From NCBI GenBank assembly GCA_963733095.1, contig CAVTBV010000013.1, forward strand, positions 192,001 through 256,000: a stretch of DNA of 64,000 nucleotides, in the 5' to 3' direction. The DNA comes from Candidatus Bathyarchaeota archaeon (GTDB lineage Archaea > Thermoproteota > Bathyarchaeia > Bathyarchaeales > Bathycorpusculaceae). Below are positions 1-8,888 of the stretch, piece by piece. Every line of letters begins with the position of its first letter. The stretch's first letter is position 1. The notes beneath the pieces are model-generated. The model was not told where the DNA came from, searched no databases, and saw nothing but the letters and a program-made list of their open reading frames with translations. A program made the position numbers and the translations under genes.

Positions 1-46
1 TTATCGCTTGTTTCCACAAAGAGCCGGAAAATTGTTGGATGCTGTT

Positions 47-1336
47 TTATTCGTTGGGTTGTTTTGTCTTGCCCTTGCCGAACTTTAGCTTTGCGGTCAG
101 TATCTTTTCCGTTGCAAACAGCCGTGACGCGATGTACATGATGACGACGGTGAAGATGGCGACGTAGACTATGCCGAAGATGACTGTTCCGTAGTCGCCC
201 GTTACGACTGCTTTGGCTGCGAGGATAGGGTGGCTGTAGGGGATGGCGTAGAAGATTGCTTTGACTGCGAGAGGGAGTGTGTTGACGTCGAGGTAGATTA
301 GTGCCATGGCAGGTAGAAAGATTAGTGGGTAGATGTAGCCGACGAGGGCTTGGGCGCCTCGGTCGTTTTCGCTGAAGGCAGACATAACCACTGCCAACGC
401 CAGGGCAGAGAGAAGAGTGAAGAAGAGGCTAATGCCCAGCAATGCGTAGCCTCCTGCCGAAGGCACCAAGCCCAAAGCGACTAAATCCACGCTTCCACCT
501 GAGCTGCCTGCGATTCCCGTCGACAGCGAACCAATCATATAGTTATAGCCTATCAAGACTGTGACTGCGGCGACGCCTGCAACGATGATTGTGCTTGAGA
601 CTTTACCCATCAAAATCGCAAACCTATCCACCGGAGTTGTCAACAATGTTTCTAGTGTTTTTTCTTCTTTCTCCATTGCCACGCTGGTTGCAGCAATCTG
701 CATAGCATAAGTCAACATAACCATGATAGTAATGGGCAAAGCAATCGACTGCGTCAACAACAAATTCGACAACACATTCACGCTAACGCCGTTGGTAATT
801 TGGCCTTTGATGACGCTTGATTCAGAAACCGAAACCAAATCTGGCGCGACTGCCCGGTTGAATCCGTTGACCACGGCGGTTACGGTTGAGCCGCTGACGC
901 CGCTGAATATGCCTCCTCCTCCGTTGAAAACGCCGTAGGTGTCCACGGTGCCGGTGATGTTCCATTCGCCAGCGTTGTGCCGCGTTAAATTTTCGCTGAA
1001 CCCCGCGGGAATAACCAAAAACGTGCTGCTGTTATAGTGGGATAAGAGTCCTTTGTCTACGACGGTTTGCGGAGAGGTGTTGTTGATGGTGTTAACGTTC
1101 ATGGTGCTGTCGAGGTAGCCCACGAAGATTTGACTCCAATTCCTGCAGTCGTTGTCGACCACCAGCAAGGTTGCCCTCTGTGCCTCGCTCTGCGCTGTCT
1201 GCACAGCAAAACCCATAACTAACCCGAGCACTGGGAACATGATTAGGGGCAAAACTATCATACCGATTAAGATTTTTGGGTCGCGCATTAGTTCTTTTAG
1301 TTCTTTGATGAGAATAGTTGTGAAGCCTTTAAGCAA
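47..1336 (-). CDS. ABC transporter permease (NatB/ABC-2 type)
   Basis: KELKELMRD start, N-terminal TM, SVAMEKEEKTLETLLTTPV motif, multiple C-terminal TMs; start moved to TTG at 1336, overlapping the ATPase stop. Confidence 0.88.
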   Translation of the reverse strand: MLKGFTTILIKELKELMRDPKILIGMIVLPLIMFPVLGLVMGFAVQTAQSEAQRATLLVVDNDCRNWSQIFVGYLDSTMNVNTINNTSPQTVVDKGLLSHYNSSTFLVIPAGFSENLTRHNAGEWNITGTVDTYGVFNGGGGIFSGVSGSTVTAVVNGFNRAVAPDLVSVSESSVIKGQITNGVSVNVLSNLLLTQSIALPITIMVMLTYAMQIAATSVAMEKEEKTLETLLTTPVDRFAILMGKVSSTIIVAGVAAVTVLIGYNYMIGSLSTGIAGSSGGSVDLVALGLVPSAGGYALLGISLFFTLLSALALAVVMSAFSENDRGAQALVGYIYPLIFLPAMALIYLDVNTLPLAVKAIFYAIPYSHPILAAKAVVTGDYGTVIFGIVYVAIFTVVIMYIASRLFATEKILTAKLKFGKGKTKQPNE

Positions 1337-2060
1337 AGCCAACCACCTTCGCAAAAACCTCTTCCAAGTTTTCGCTGCTGTATTTTTCTTTGAGGGCTTT
1401 GGGTTCTCCTTCAACCACCAGCCTGCCCTTATGCACTAGCGCTACGCGGTTGCAGAGGTATTCGACTTCCAGCATGTTGTGGCTGCTGAGCAGAACCGTT
1501 ACACCGTGTTCGTTAACGTATCGTTTAATGATTTCACGAATATGATACGCATACAAAACATCCAAGCCACTTGCAGGTTCATCCAGCACCGCTAACTTAG
1601 GATGCGTCATCAACGATCGCGCCACGAGTAACCGTCGCTTCATGCCTTTGCTGTAGGTTTTCGCCTTATCTTTCAATCGCTCGTTGAGTCCGCAGATTTC
1701 TGCACCTTCATCTACTGTGGCTTTGAGGTTGGTTTGCGGGGTGCTCTGGAGCTTCGCCATAAAAGTAAGGTATTCTAAACCCGTAAGGTTTGGGTAAGCA
1801 CCCGATTCCTCGGGTAAATAACTGATGATTTGCCTTGTTTTTTCGGGGTGGATGGTTGCATCTTGCCCAAAAATCTTTATTGTGCCCGAGGTCGGTTTGA
1901 TTAATGTGCAGATTGTTCGCAGAGTGGTTGTTTTTCCTGCGCCGTTGGGTCCGATTAACCCATAGATTTCCCCAGGTTTAATGTTAAAACTTACACCATC
2001 AAGGGCTCTTACTTGACCAAACTTCTTGGTTAGTGATACTGCTTCAACAGCTAAACTCAA
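1329..2060 (-). CDS. ABC transporter ATP-binding protein
   Basis: Walker A GPNGAGKTT, signature YSKGM, Walker B AVLDEP, H-loop SSH. Confidence 0.95.
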   Translation of the reverse strand: MSLAVEAVSLTKKFGQVRALDGVSFNIKPGEIYGLIGPNGAGKTTTLRTICTLIKPTSGTIKIFGQDATIHPEKTRQIISYLPEESGAYPNLTGLEYLTFMAKLQSTPQTNLKATVDEGAEICGLNERLKDKAKTYSKGMKRRLLVARSLMTHPKLAVLDEPASGLDVLYAYHIREIIKRYVNEHGVTVLLSSHNMLEVEYLCNRVALVHKGRLVVEGEPKALKEKYSSENLEEVFAKVVGFA

Positions 2061-2131
2061 AGTGCCCCGCTCTCTTGGTTGTTAGACTAGCAATTCTTAT
2101 TTAAGTTTTAACCAGCCGCCCAAAAAGTGAG

Positions 2132-2156
2132 AAAGGAAAAAAGGGTCTTTTCCTTT
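2132..2156 (-). terminator. Inverted repeat with U-rich tract downstream of the DRE-TIM gene
   Basis: AAAGGAAAA-N7-TTTTCCTTT just after the stop at 2164. Confidence 0.4.
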
Positions 2157-2163
2157 TTGATGT

Positions 2164-3393
2164 TTATTTGCAGTCAGTGCTTTCTGGCAGAATCCGCAGC
2201 ACGCGAAGGATTTTCATGAATTCTTCCTCTTTAAGCGATGCTCGGCGACCACTGGCGTACATGTCTTTGACTGTATCTACGACTGCGGCGACGGTTAGGT
2301 CATCCGGAACATTTCCCGATAGTTCGGTGATTTTGTGTTTGATTATGCCTTTTCCGGATTGTTTGCCTATGGTTAAGCGTCTTGTGTTGCCAACTAGTTC
2401 CGGTGGGTAAGGCTCATAGGTCCATGGGTCGTTGAGCACGCCATGAGTGTGGATGCCTGATTCGTGCGCAAAACCGTAGTCGCCAACGATTGCCTTGTTA
2501 GGTGGAACTGTGTAGCCTGTGGCTTCGCCAATGTAATCTGCAGTTAGTTTCAGCTTTTCCGTTTTGCCCATGTACTTCTCGACACCATAATGCAAGTACA
2601 AATTCAACAGAACCTTTTCAGTTTCAGCGTTGCCTGCACGTTCACCAATTCCAAGGTAAGTGGTGCTGGCGTACACTTTATCCCAAACACCTGAAGCTGC
2701 TTTAATCGCCGCCATCGAGTTCTCAACAGCGTTGCCAAAGTCGTCGTGCGCATGAATCTCTATAGAGCCTATTCGAGTTTCCTTCTTGGTGGCTACTACT
2801 TTTGCTGGAATGCCATGGGGTAAAGGCGCGTTAGGATCTGATAATCCAATGCCGACGGTGTCGCATATTCGATAACATTCTGCACCTGCATCGGCTATCG
2901 CATTGATGAATCGTTTTTCAAAGTCCCAGTCTGCGCGGGTGCTGTCTTCACCGTGAACGAAAGTTCTCAGCCCACAAGTTTTAGCTGCATATTCGGTCAC
3001 GTCAACGACGTTGGCTAAGATTTGTTCTTGGGTTTTCTCTGGCCATTTAGCCTTGAAATGTATGTCTGAAACAGGGTGTGATATGCCGACTTCTTTTAGC
3101 CCACATGCAACGGCGCTGTCGATGTCTTCTTTGACCGCTCGGCACCAACCAGCAACTCGCAAATCAAGGTTTAAGTCCCCGATTAGTTTGGCTGCTTTTT
3201 TGTCTGGTTCCTGATAGTGGAATAGTTCGATTCGTTCGACGCCTACTTCATTGAGCATTCGGGCGATTTTTGCTGCGTCTTTGGGTCCAACTGCTAACCC
3301 CGGCATTTGGATGCCGTCACGGAGGGTAGTGTCGTCTATGATGGGTTCGGTTTTTAGGGGCTTGAGTTTGAAATAGAAGTCTTTTATGTCCAT
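2164..3393 (-). CDS. DRE-TIM acyl-CoA condensing enzyme (homocitrate / Re-citrate / isopropylmalate synthase family)
   Basis: DTTLRDG, HAHDDFG, GIGERAGNA and HESGIH motifs; no LeuA regulatory domain. Confidence 0.85.
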   Translation of the reverse strand: MDIKDFYFKLKPLKTEPIIDDTTLRDGIQMPGLAVGPKDAAKIARMLNEVGVERIELFHYQEPDKKAAKLIGDLNLDLRVAGWCRAVKEDIDSAVACGLKEVGISHPVSDIHFKAKWPEKTQEQILANVVDVTEYAAKTCGLRTFVHGEDSTRADWDFEKRFINAIADAGAECYRICDTVGIGLSDPNAPLPHGIPAKVVATKKETRIGSIEIHAHDDFGNAVENSMAAIKAASGVWDKVYASTTYLGIGERAGNAETEKVLLNLYLHYGVEKYMGKTEKLKLTADYIGEATGYTVPPNKAIVGDYGFAHESGIHTHGVLNDPWTYEPYPPELVGNTRRLTIGKQSGKGIIKHKITELSGNVPDDLTVAAVVDTVKDMYASGRRASLKEEEFMKILRVLRILPESTDCK

Positions 3394-3575
3394 TTTTTAT
3401 GCTCTCTTGTCTGGTTTTGCGTTTCTAAAACGCATATTAGTAATGCTAAATAACGCTTATGCGTAATTGATAAACGTTTCTGCACTATTTATGTAAGTTT
3501 GTCCAAAAGAATACGAGACTTAAATTCAAAATGTCTTGTCTTAATGTAAACAAAACCTTTACATTCAAAACAAAA

Positions 3576-3890
3576 TTAGCCAACATTCGTGTACAGCGCC
3601 TTAAGCGTCCCCGAAACAGCCAAAACATGCAACGACGCAACCTTACCCGCTACCGCCGTCACCGTAGCCAACGAAGCCCTCACCATAGGAAAAGACACAA
3701 GCGAAGTGCGAACCACAAAAATCTTGCGTTCCCCATCAAAATTAATCAAAGCCAATCCCGCAAAACTCGCCCCAACCTCACCATACAACTTGGTAACCGC
3801 AGCCCAGACCGCATCCATAAACTCGCGTTCAGACGGCAAATCTTCACAATCCAATTGCAGGGCAAGGTAACGACGTTTAACTCGTTTCAA
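3576..3890 (-). CDS. rnp2: RNase P protein Pop5/Rpp14
   Basis: KRRYL start, LYGEVGAS, VSGTLKAL end; directly downstream of Rpp30. Confidence 0.9.
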   Translation of the reverse strand: MKRVKRRYLALQLDCEDLPSEREFMDAVWAAVTKLYGEVGASFAGLALINFDGERKIFVVRTSLVSFPMVRASLATVTAVAGKVASLHVLAVSGTLKALYTNVG

Positions 3891-4621
3891 ACGTTGTTCC
3901 CCTCCTTAACAACGCTGATGCCCGGCGCAATGAACCTTGAACTGAGCTTCTCTCGGTTACGCAGAACAATTGAGGTAGGATTCGTTGAAACCGCATCTAA
4001 AGCCTGTGATTCATCCATCCCAAATAGGTAACCTAAACTCGCTAAATCCCGCGGCATACGCATCAAACTCTCCTCGCCAACACCGCTCGAAACAACAACA
4101 GGCACATGGAATTCAAGCGCAACTGCCACTTCACGTCGCAAACTCGAAAGTAACCTAACCCGGGGCGGACCTTCCATAACAAGCAAGGATTTAACATCAA
4201 TCTCCAAACCTGCTAAACTGCAGCTGGCAAGTTCCGCTTCGGCACGGTCAAAAAATCGTTTATGATAATCAAGACTTGGAAAACTGAGCAAGTCCACGCG
4301 TCTGTCTTTGGCAGCTTGCCGCGCTACCTCCTTGTTGTCGCAAACTATGCATATAACTTCGAATTGGCGCCTGAACTTCCGGAGAAAACGCATGAGGTCT
4401 TCTTGGGTTCGTGGCTTAAAATCTGCTCGCAATACAAAATCTATACTTGCCTGAGTGCCAGCCGCCCTGAAGGATGATACTTCAGATTGCTGTATACCAT
4501 TGGCGAACGGTATACTAATGTAGTAGTAACCCATTCGGGCTGCTTTGGTGATTAGCTGTTGGGCAGTTTGTTGGTCTTTGGGGTTTATGCGCAGATGTAA
4601 ATCAGCGAAGGCTCGGGTCAT
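3887..4621 (-). CDS. rnp3: RNase P protein Rpp30
   Basis: ADLHL, RVDLL, VVSSG, MRMPRDL motifs; operon context. Confidence 0.88.
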   Translation of the reverse strand: MTRAFADLHLRINPKDQQTAQQLITKAARMGYYYISIPFANGIQQSEVSSFRAAGTQASIDFVLRADFKPRTQEDLMRFLRKFRRQFEVICIVCDNKEVARQAAKDRRVDLLSFPSLDYHKRFFDRAEAELASCSLAGLEIDVKSLLVMEGPPRVRLLSSLRREVAVALEFHVPVVVSSGVGEESLMRMPRDLASLGYLFGMDESQALDAVSTNPTSIVLRNREKLSSRFIAPGISVVKEGNNV

Positions 4622-5064
4622 GGTAGCAACCCAGCTTGCCTTGAAAACTCTGTTATTTCCTGTACCGTCTTGTTTTTGAAGTGGATTTTTATGTGAATAG
4701 AGTCATTTTGAGATATCCTTGCTGTGCCCAAAAAAGCGGATTGCTTGTCGAACCTTAGGTAAAGGTTGCCTTTTTCAAGGTGCAGTTTGATCTCGCTGTT
4801 TAGTTCTTCCTTATCAAGCGTACCTAGATCTTTTCCGATTTTCTCCACTGCGGTTGGGAGTAGTTTTTTGTCCATTAATTTAGCAGTGAAAAGAATGATG
4901 GGGTTCCCGTGGTGTCCCGTGCATGCCGTTTTTTCGAAAACAAGGGTTTGGGCCAGTTCTTCTGGCAACAAATTTTGTACGGAGGTTTGAACTTTGGCGG
5001 GGTCTTCAGTTGCGTGAGCGAAGACGCGGATATCTATGTAGGCTATTGGCGGTTTAGTAGACAT
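4618..5064 (-). CDS. Predicted RNA-binding protein of the exosome/RNase P superoperon
   Basis: HATED, GHHGNPI, LYLRFDKQ motifs. Confidence 0.8.
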   Translation of the reverse strand: MSTKPPIAYIDIRVFAHATEDPAKVQTSVQNLLPEELAQTLVFEKTACTGHHGNPIILFTAKLMDKKLLPTAVEKIGKDLGTLDKEELNSEIKLHLEKGNLYLRFDKQSAFLGTARISQNDSIHIKIHFKNKTVQEITEFSRQAGLLP

Positions 5065-5097
5065 TGGACACCGGGTTTGATTGAGGGTTTGTGGCTT

Positions 5098-5337
5098 TTA
5101 GCTTTTCTGTTTGAACACTGGCTTGGGCTTTGATGTTTTTGGCGTTGTTTTTGCGTGTGCTTTTATGCAGTCGACGTTTTCTTGGTGTGTGGATTTGCGT
5201 TTAACGTCGATGCGTAGGCCAAGTTGTTTGGCTTGCTGTTTGTTTACGCCTGCTTCTTTGAGTTCATTTGGGCTAAAGCCTTGACCGACGCTTTGTCGAC
5301 CGTTCTGTTTGGTGATGACGATTTTTAAGTGGTGCAT
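5098..5337 (-). CDS. rpl13e: Ribosomal protein eL13
   Basis: GQGFSPNELKEAG...IDVKRKSTHQENV. Confidence 0.85.
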   Translation of the reverse strand: MHHLKIVITKQNGRQSVGQGFSPNELKEAGVNKQQAKQLGLRIDVKRKSTHQENVDCIKAHAKTTPKTSKPKPVFKQKS

Positions 5338-5341
5338 TTAC

Positions 5342-5950
5342 TTATTTTCCTCCTTTCTTTTGGTGGTCGCCGTGGCGTCCTGTGTTGCCGATTCTGCGGC
5401 TTGGGCGAGCTTTTTCTGAGCCTCTGCCGCGGTGGTGGAGTCCTCGGACGTTTTTGCCTGCGCTGGTCATGCTGCGGAAGACTCTGCTGGTGTGCTGTGG
5501 TTCTGTTACCCAGCTGACATCTTTGTCTGTTTTGATTGTTGGTGCGTTGGGGTCGAGGAGGATGATTTCGAACCATTTGTGTTTGCCATCTTCGCCTACC
5601 CAGTAGCTGTTTAAGACTTCCAGGTTGGGGAAGTGTTTGGCGGTTCGTTCTTCAGCTATAAGTCGGATGCTTTTTCCTGGTTTAAATTTGGCGACACCCA
5701 TACGTTTGGGTCGTCGTCCTGATCGTGGACGTAGTTTTCTTAATCCGCCTCTGCGGACTTTTGTTCGGGCAACTACGAAGCCTTGTTTTGCTTTGTAGCC
5801 GAGTTTTCTTGCGCGGTCGAGTCTTGTAGGGTGCTCGATGCGTAGTACAGTTGGTTGTTTGCGCCACTGCACTAAGCGTTGGCGCATAAGTTCTTCAACG
5901 AAGCTTTTTTCGGGCTGAGCCCATTCTTCTGCAATATATTTGTATGCCAT
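5342..5950 (-). CDS. rpl15e: Ribosomal protein eL15
   Basis: PTRLDRARKLGYKAKQG, LEVLNSYWVGEDG. Confidence 0.97.
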   Translation of the reverse strand: MAYKYIAEEWAQPEKSFVEELMRQRLVQWRKQPTVLRIEHPTRLDRARKLGYKAKQGFVVARTKVRRGGLRKLRPRSGRRPKRMGVAKFKPGKSIRLIAEERTAKHFPNLEVLNSYWVGEDGKHKWFEIILLDPNAPTIKTDKDVSWVTEPQHTSRVFRSMTSAGKNVRGLHHRGRGSEKARPSRRIGNTGRHGDHQKKGGK

Positions 5951-6050
5951 CTAAATTTTTTCTCCTGTGTATTGTTTGCTTACGGTTCAGTCCCAAAGGA
6001 CCACATCCCAACGGACTATGTTTGTCCGCCTGCAATTTCACATCATAGTG
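5951..6050 (-). promoter_or_regulatory. Putative structured 5' leader of rpl15e
   Basis: Two hairpins plus C-box-like AUGAUGU/GGAUGU and D-box CUGA; TATA-like TTTATTT at 6061-6067. Confidence 0.5.
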
Positions 6051-6245
6051 CCCTGCCATGAAATAAACCTTTCCAGCGGAACAGTTGGTTCAAGTGTATT
6101 TTTTTTGTTGTCTTGCTCTTCTTTTTTTTGAGGTGATTAAGAATTTAGTAATTATGGAATTTGATGTATTGAATGATGAAGCACGACTTATATTGAATAA
6201 TCTGATGCCGTAGTTATATTGAAGCTGAAACAAAATGCCAGAAAA

Positions 6246-6941
6246 TTACTCGAGTATTATTCTCGCATCAACTGTCTTTGCGCCTTTTGGATAAGCCATT
6301 ACAGGGTTTAGGTCCAGTTCCTTGATTTCTGGATTATCCATGACAAGCCGCGAAACAGAACAGAGTATGCTTGCCAGGGCTTCAATGTCTGCTGGTGGTG
6401 AGTTCCTGTACCCATTCAACAATGGGAAAGCTTTGAGCTGGGTAATCATTTCTTTGGCGTCTTCCGCGGCTAAGGGTGCAACACGGAAGTTTACATCTTT
6501 TAATAATTCGACGAATATACCGCCGACCCCAAACATTACTGTTTGCCCGAACTGGGGGTCTTTGATTGCGCCCACGATGACTTCGGTTGATTGCGGAGCC
6601 ATCTCCTGAACCAAAATGCCGACAATCTTTGCATCCATCTTGTATTTGGTGACGTTTTCTATTATTTTTTTGTAGCCGCTTGCGACGTCGGCTGCGTTTT
6701 TGAGGTTAACCATGACTCCTCCTGCTTCTGTCTTGTGGATGATGTCTGGGGAGACGATTTTTAGTACGATGGGGTAGCCGATTTGGTCGGCTTGGGTTGA
6801 GGCTTCTTTCTCGTTTTTTGCGAGATTAAACTTTGTGACTGGGATTCCGTATTCGGTGCAGATAGTTTTGGCTTCGGTTTCTAGGAGTGCTTTTCGTCCT
6901 TCTTTTTTGGCTTGGTTGATGATTTTTGCGGTTTGGTTCAA
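6246..6941 (-). CDS. ADP-forming acetate/acyl-CoA ligase, beta (ATP-grasp) subunit
   Basis: GYPIVLKIVSPDIIHKTEAGGV, ELDLNP, VDARI. Confidence 0.9.
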   Translation of the reverse strand: MNQTAKIINQAKKEGRKALLETEAKTICTEYGIPVTKFNLAKNEKEASTQADQIGYPIVLKIVSPDIIHKTEAGGVMVNLKNAADVASGYKKIIENVTKYKMDAKIVGILVQEMAPQSTEVIVGAIKDPQFGQTVMFGVGGIFVELLKDVNFRVAPLAAEDAKEMITQLKAFPLLNGYRNSPPADIEALASILCSVSRLVMDNPEIKELDLNPVMAYPKGAKTVDARIILE

Positions 6942-7127
6942 TTGTATTCTTCCTTGGCGTATTGGTGTATGTCATGCTTCGAGGGTTAAAAATCGTTTTG
7001 TTCTTTGTTGGGTTTTTGGTTGGTTGTATAGTTGTTGGACAGATTTACAATACTGTGTAGTGAGACATAATACTTAATAGGATTGTGCACTCCAAATAGT
7101 TTTCAAAGAGAGCAAAGAGACTTACAA

Positions 7128-8888
7128 ATGCCCAAACTAACCCTCAAAAAAAAATTCGAAAAAACAACCGCAGACTTACAAAAATCAGCTAACGATTCTA
7201 CCAACAAACCTAAACGAGGCTTTAAATTAAACTTCAAAAAAACCAAAAAAAACCCAGACCCCTCCAAAAAAAGTTTTAAACTACCCAAACTTTCAAAATT
7301 TAATTTTAAAATCAACCTAAATCCTAAAGAAACCAAACCAGAACTCGAAATCGAAAAAACCCCTGTTGCAAAGAGTGTAGCAAAGGGCACAAAAATTGTC
7401 GACAAATATCCACTCTACGAGCCTTTCGCCCAAGTTGCAATAATTCAAGACCCCAAAACAGGCGAACACAAATACGTCCTCGACGAGCTCCAGCTTGACC
7501 AAATGGAACGTGGTATCTACCAACACATCTTGGAAATCCTGCTCGCCGAGATAGAATCCCCAAAAGAAGAAATCACTGATCCAAGAAAGTTTTTCGCACA
7601 AGAAGCCAAAAAAATCGTGGATAAATACCGAATTAGCCTAGGTTGGCTTCCTGATGTCTCTTGGTACAAAATTCTCTACCACGCTGAACGCGATTTGGTT
7701 GGCTTTGGCAAAATCGATCCCTTAATGCGTGATCCCAACATAGAAGACATTTCCTGCGACGGAGTGCAAAAGCCAGTTTACATTTGGCACCGCAACTTCG
7801 AAAGCATAGAAACCAACCTTCAATTTGAAAACGACGAAGACCTCGACAACCTTGTCGTCAAACTAGTTCACATGGCAGGTAAACACGTCAGCAGCGCTTT
7901 CCCCATCGTTGACGCATCGCTCCCGGGAAAACACCGCTTAGCCGTAGCGTATAGACGAGAAATTACACCGTTTGGCACGGCTTTCACTATCCGAAAGTTC
8001 CGTGAAGACCCCTACTCAATTATCGACCTCATCAATATCGGCACCTTTACCGAAGAAATGGCCGCTTACCTTTGGATTTGCCTTGAGAACCGTGCTTCAG
8101 TCATGCTTTTAGGTGGCACAGCAGCGGGCAAAACCACTGCGTTGAACGCTTTAGGCTGTCTCATTAAGCCAGGCAGTAAAATCATGACTATCGAAGAAAC
8201 AGCTGAGCTCAACTTGTCCCATGAAAACTGGGTCTCACTGATCGCGCGTCAAAGTTATGGTTTAGGCGGCAGCTCAGTAGGTGAAGTTGCTCTCTTTGAC
8301 TTGGTTAAGACTTGCATGCGGCATCGCCCTGACCTGATGATTGTAGGAGAGGTTCGAGGCCAAGAAGCTTACGTCCTTTTCCAAGCTCTAGCAACCGGCC
8401 ACGGCGGCATGTGCACTATGCATGCTGAAAACGTTCAGTCAGCAGTTAGACGTCTCACCCAAAAACCCATGGACATTTCGCCAGCCTATATCCCACTAAT
8501 GAACATCGTCATGTCGGTTCAGCGTGTGCATTTAGTTAAGAACGGCGAAAAGAAAGCTTATCGTCGTGTCCTCTCAGTCAATGAAATTGTTGATTCAGAA
8601 AAATTCATCGAATCCTTCAAGTGGGACCCGATTAAAGATCGGCAAGAAATTAATTTGGAAGGCAGCTTTTTACTTACAAACTTTTCACAGCGACTCGGCA
8701 TAACGCGTGAAAAACTCATCGAAGAGATGAATCGTCGCACTGAGGTACTTCGTTGGATGCGCAAGGGTAACATTCGAAGCTACAGAGAAGTAGCCACCAT
8801 AATCGCTGAATACTACGCTAGACCAAAAGAATTCCACCGAAAAATACACGAAAACGAAGAGGTTAAGCCAATTGCCGCTACTAGATAA
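7128..8888 (+). CDS. Type IV pilus/archaellum-type assembly ATPase (VirB11/FlaI family)
   Basis: Walker A GGTAAGKTT, IEETAEL, RHRPD..VGEVRG, TGHGG..TMHA; Lys-rich N-terminal extension; ATG at 7128. Confidence 0.93.
   Translation: MPKLTLKKKFEKTTADLQKSANDSTNKPKRGFKLNFKKTKKNPDPSKKSFKLPKLSKFNFKINLNPKETKPELEIEKTPVAKSVAKGTKIVDKYPLYEPFAQVAIIQDPKTGEHKYVLDELQLDQMERGIYQHILEILLAEIESPKEEITDPRKFFAQEAKKIVDKYRISLGWLPDVSWYKILYHAERDLVGFGKIDPLMRDPNIEDISCDGVQKPVYIWHRNFESIETNLQFENDEDLDNLVVKLVHMAGKHVSSAFPIVDASLPGKHRLAVAYRREITPFGTAFTIRKFREDPYSIIDLINIGTFTEEMAAYLWICLENRASVMLLGGTAAGKTTALNALGCLIKPGSKIMTIEETAELNLSHENWVSLIARQSYGLGGSSVGEVALFDLVKTCMRHRPDLMIVGEVRGQEAYVLFQALATGHGGMCTMHAENVQSAVRRLTQKPMDISPAYIPLMNIVMSVQRVHLVKNGEKKAYRRVLSVNEIVDSEKFIESFKWDPIKDRQEINLEGSFLLTNFSQRLGITREKLIEEMNRRTEVLRWMRKGNIRSYREVATIIAEYYARPKEFHRKIHENEEVKPIAATR

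Noticed and set aside
3531-4031. Longer antisense or alternative-frame ORFs (e.g. 3531-4031, 20410-20889, 33527-33925, 46637-47032)
   Set aside because: They shadow well-supported genes and lack motifs
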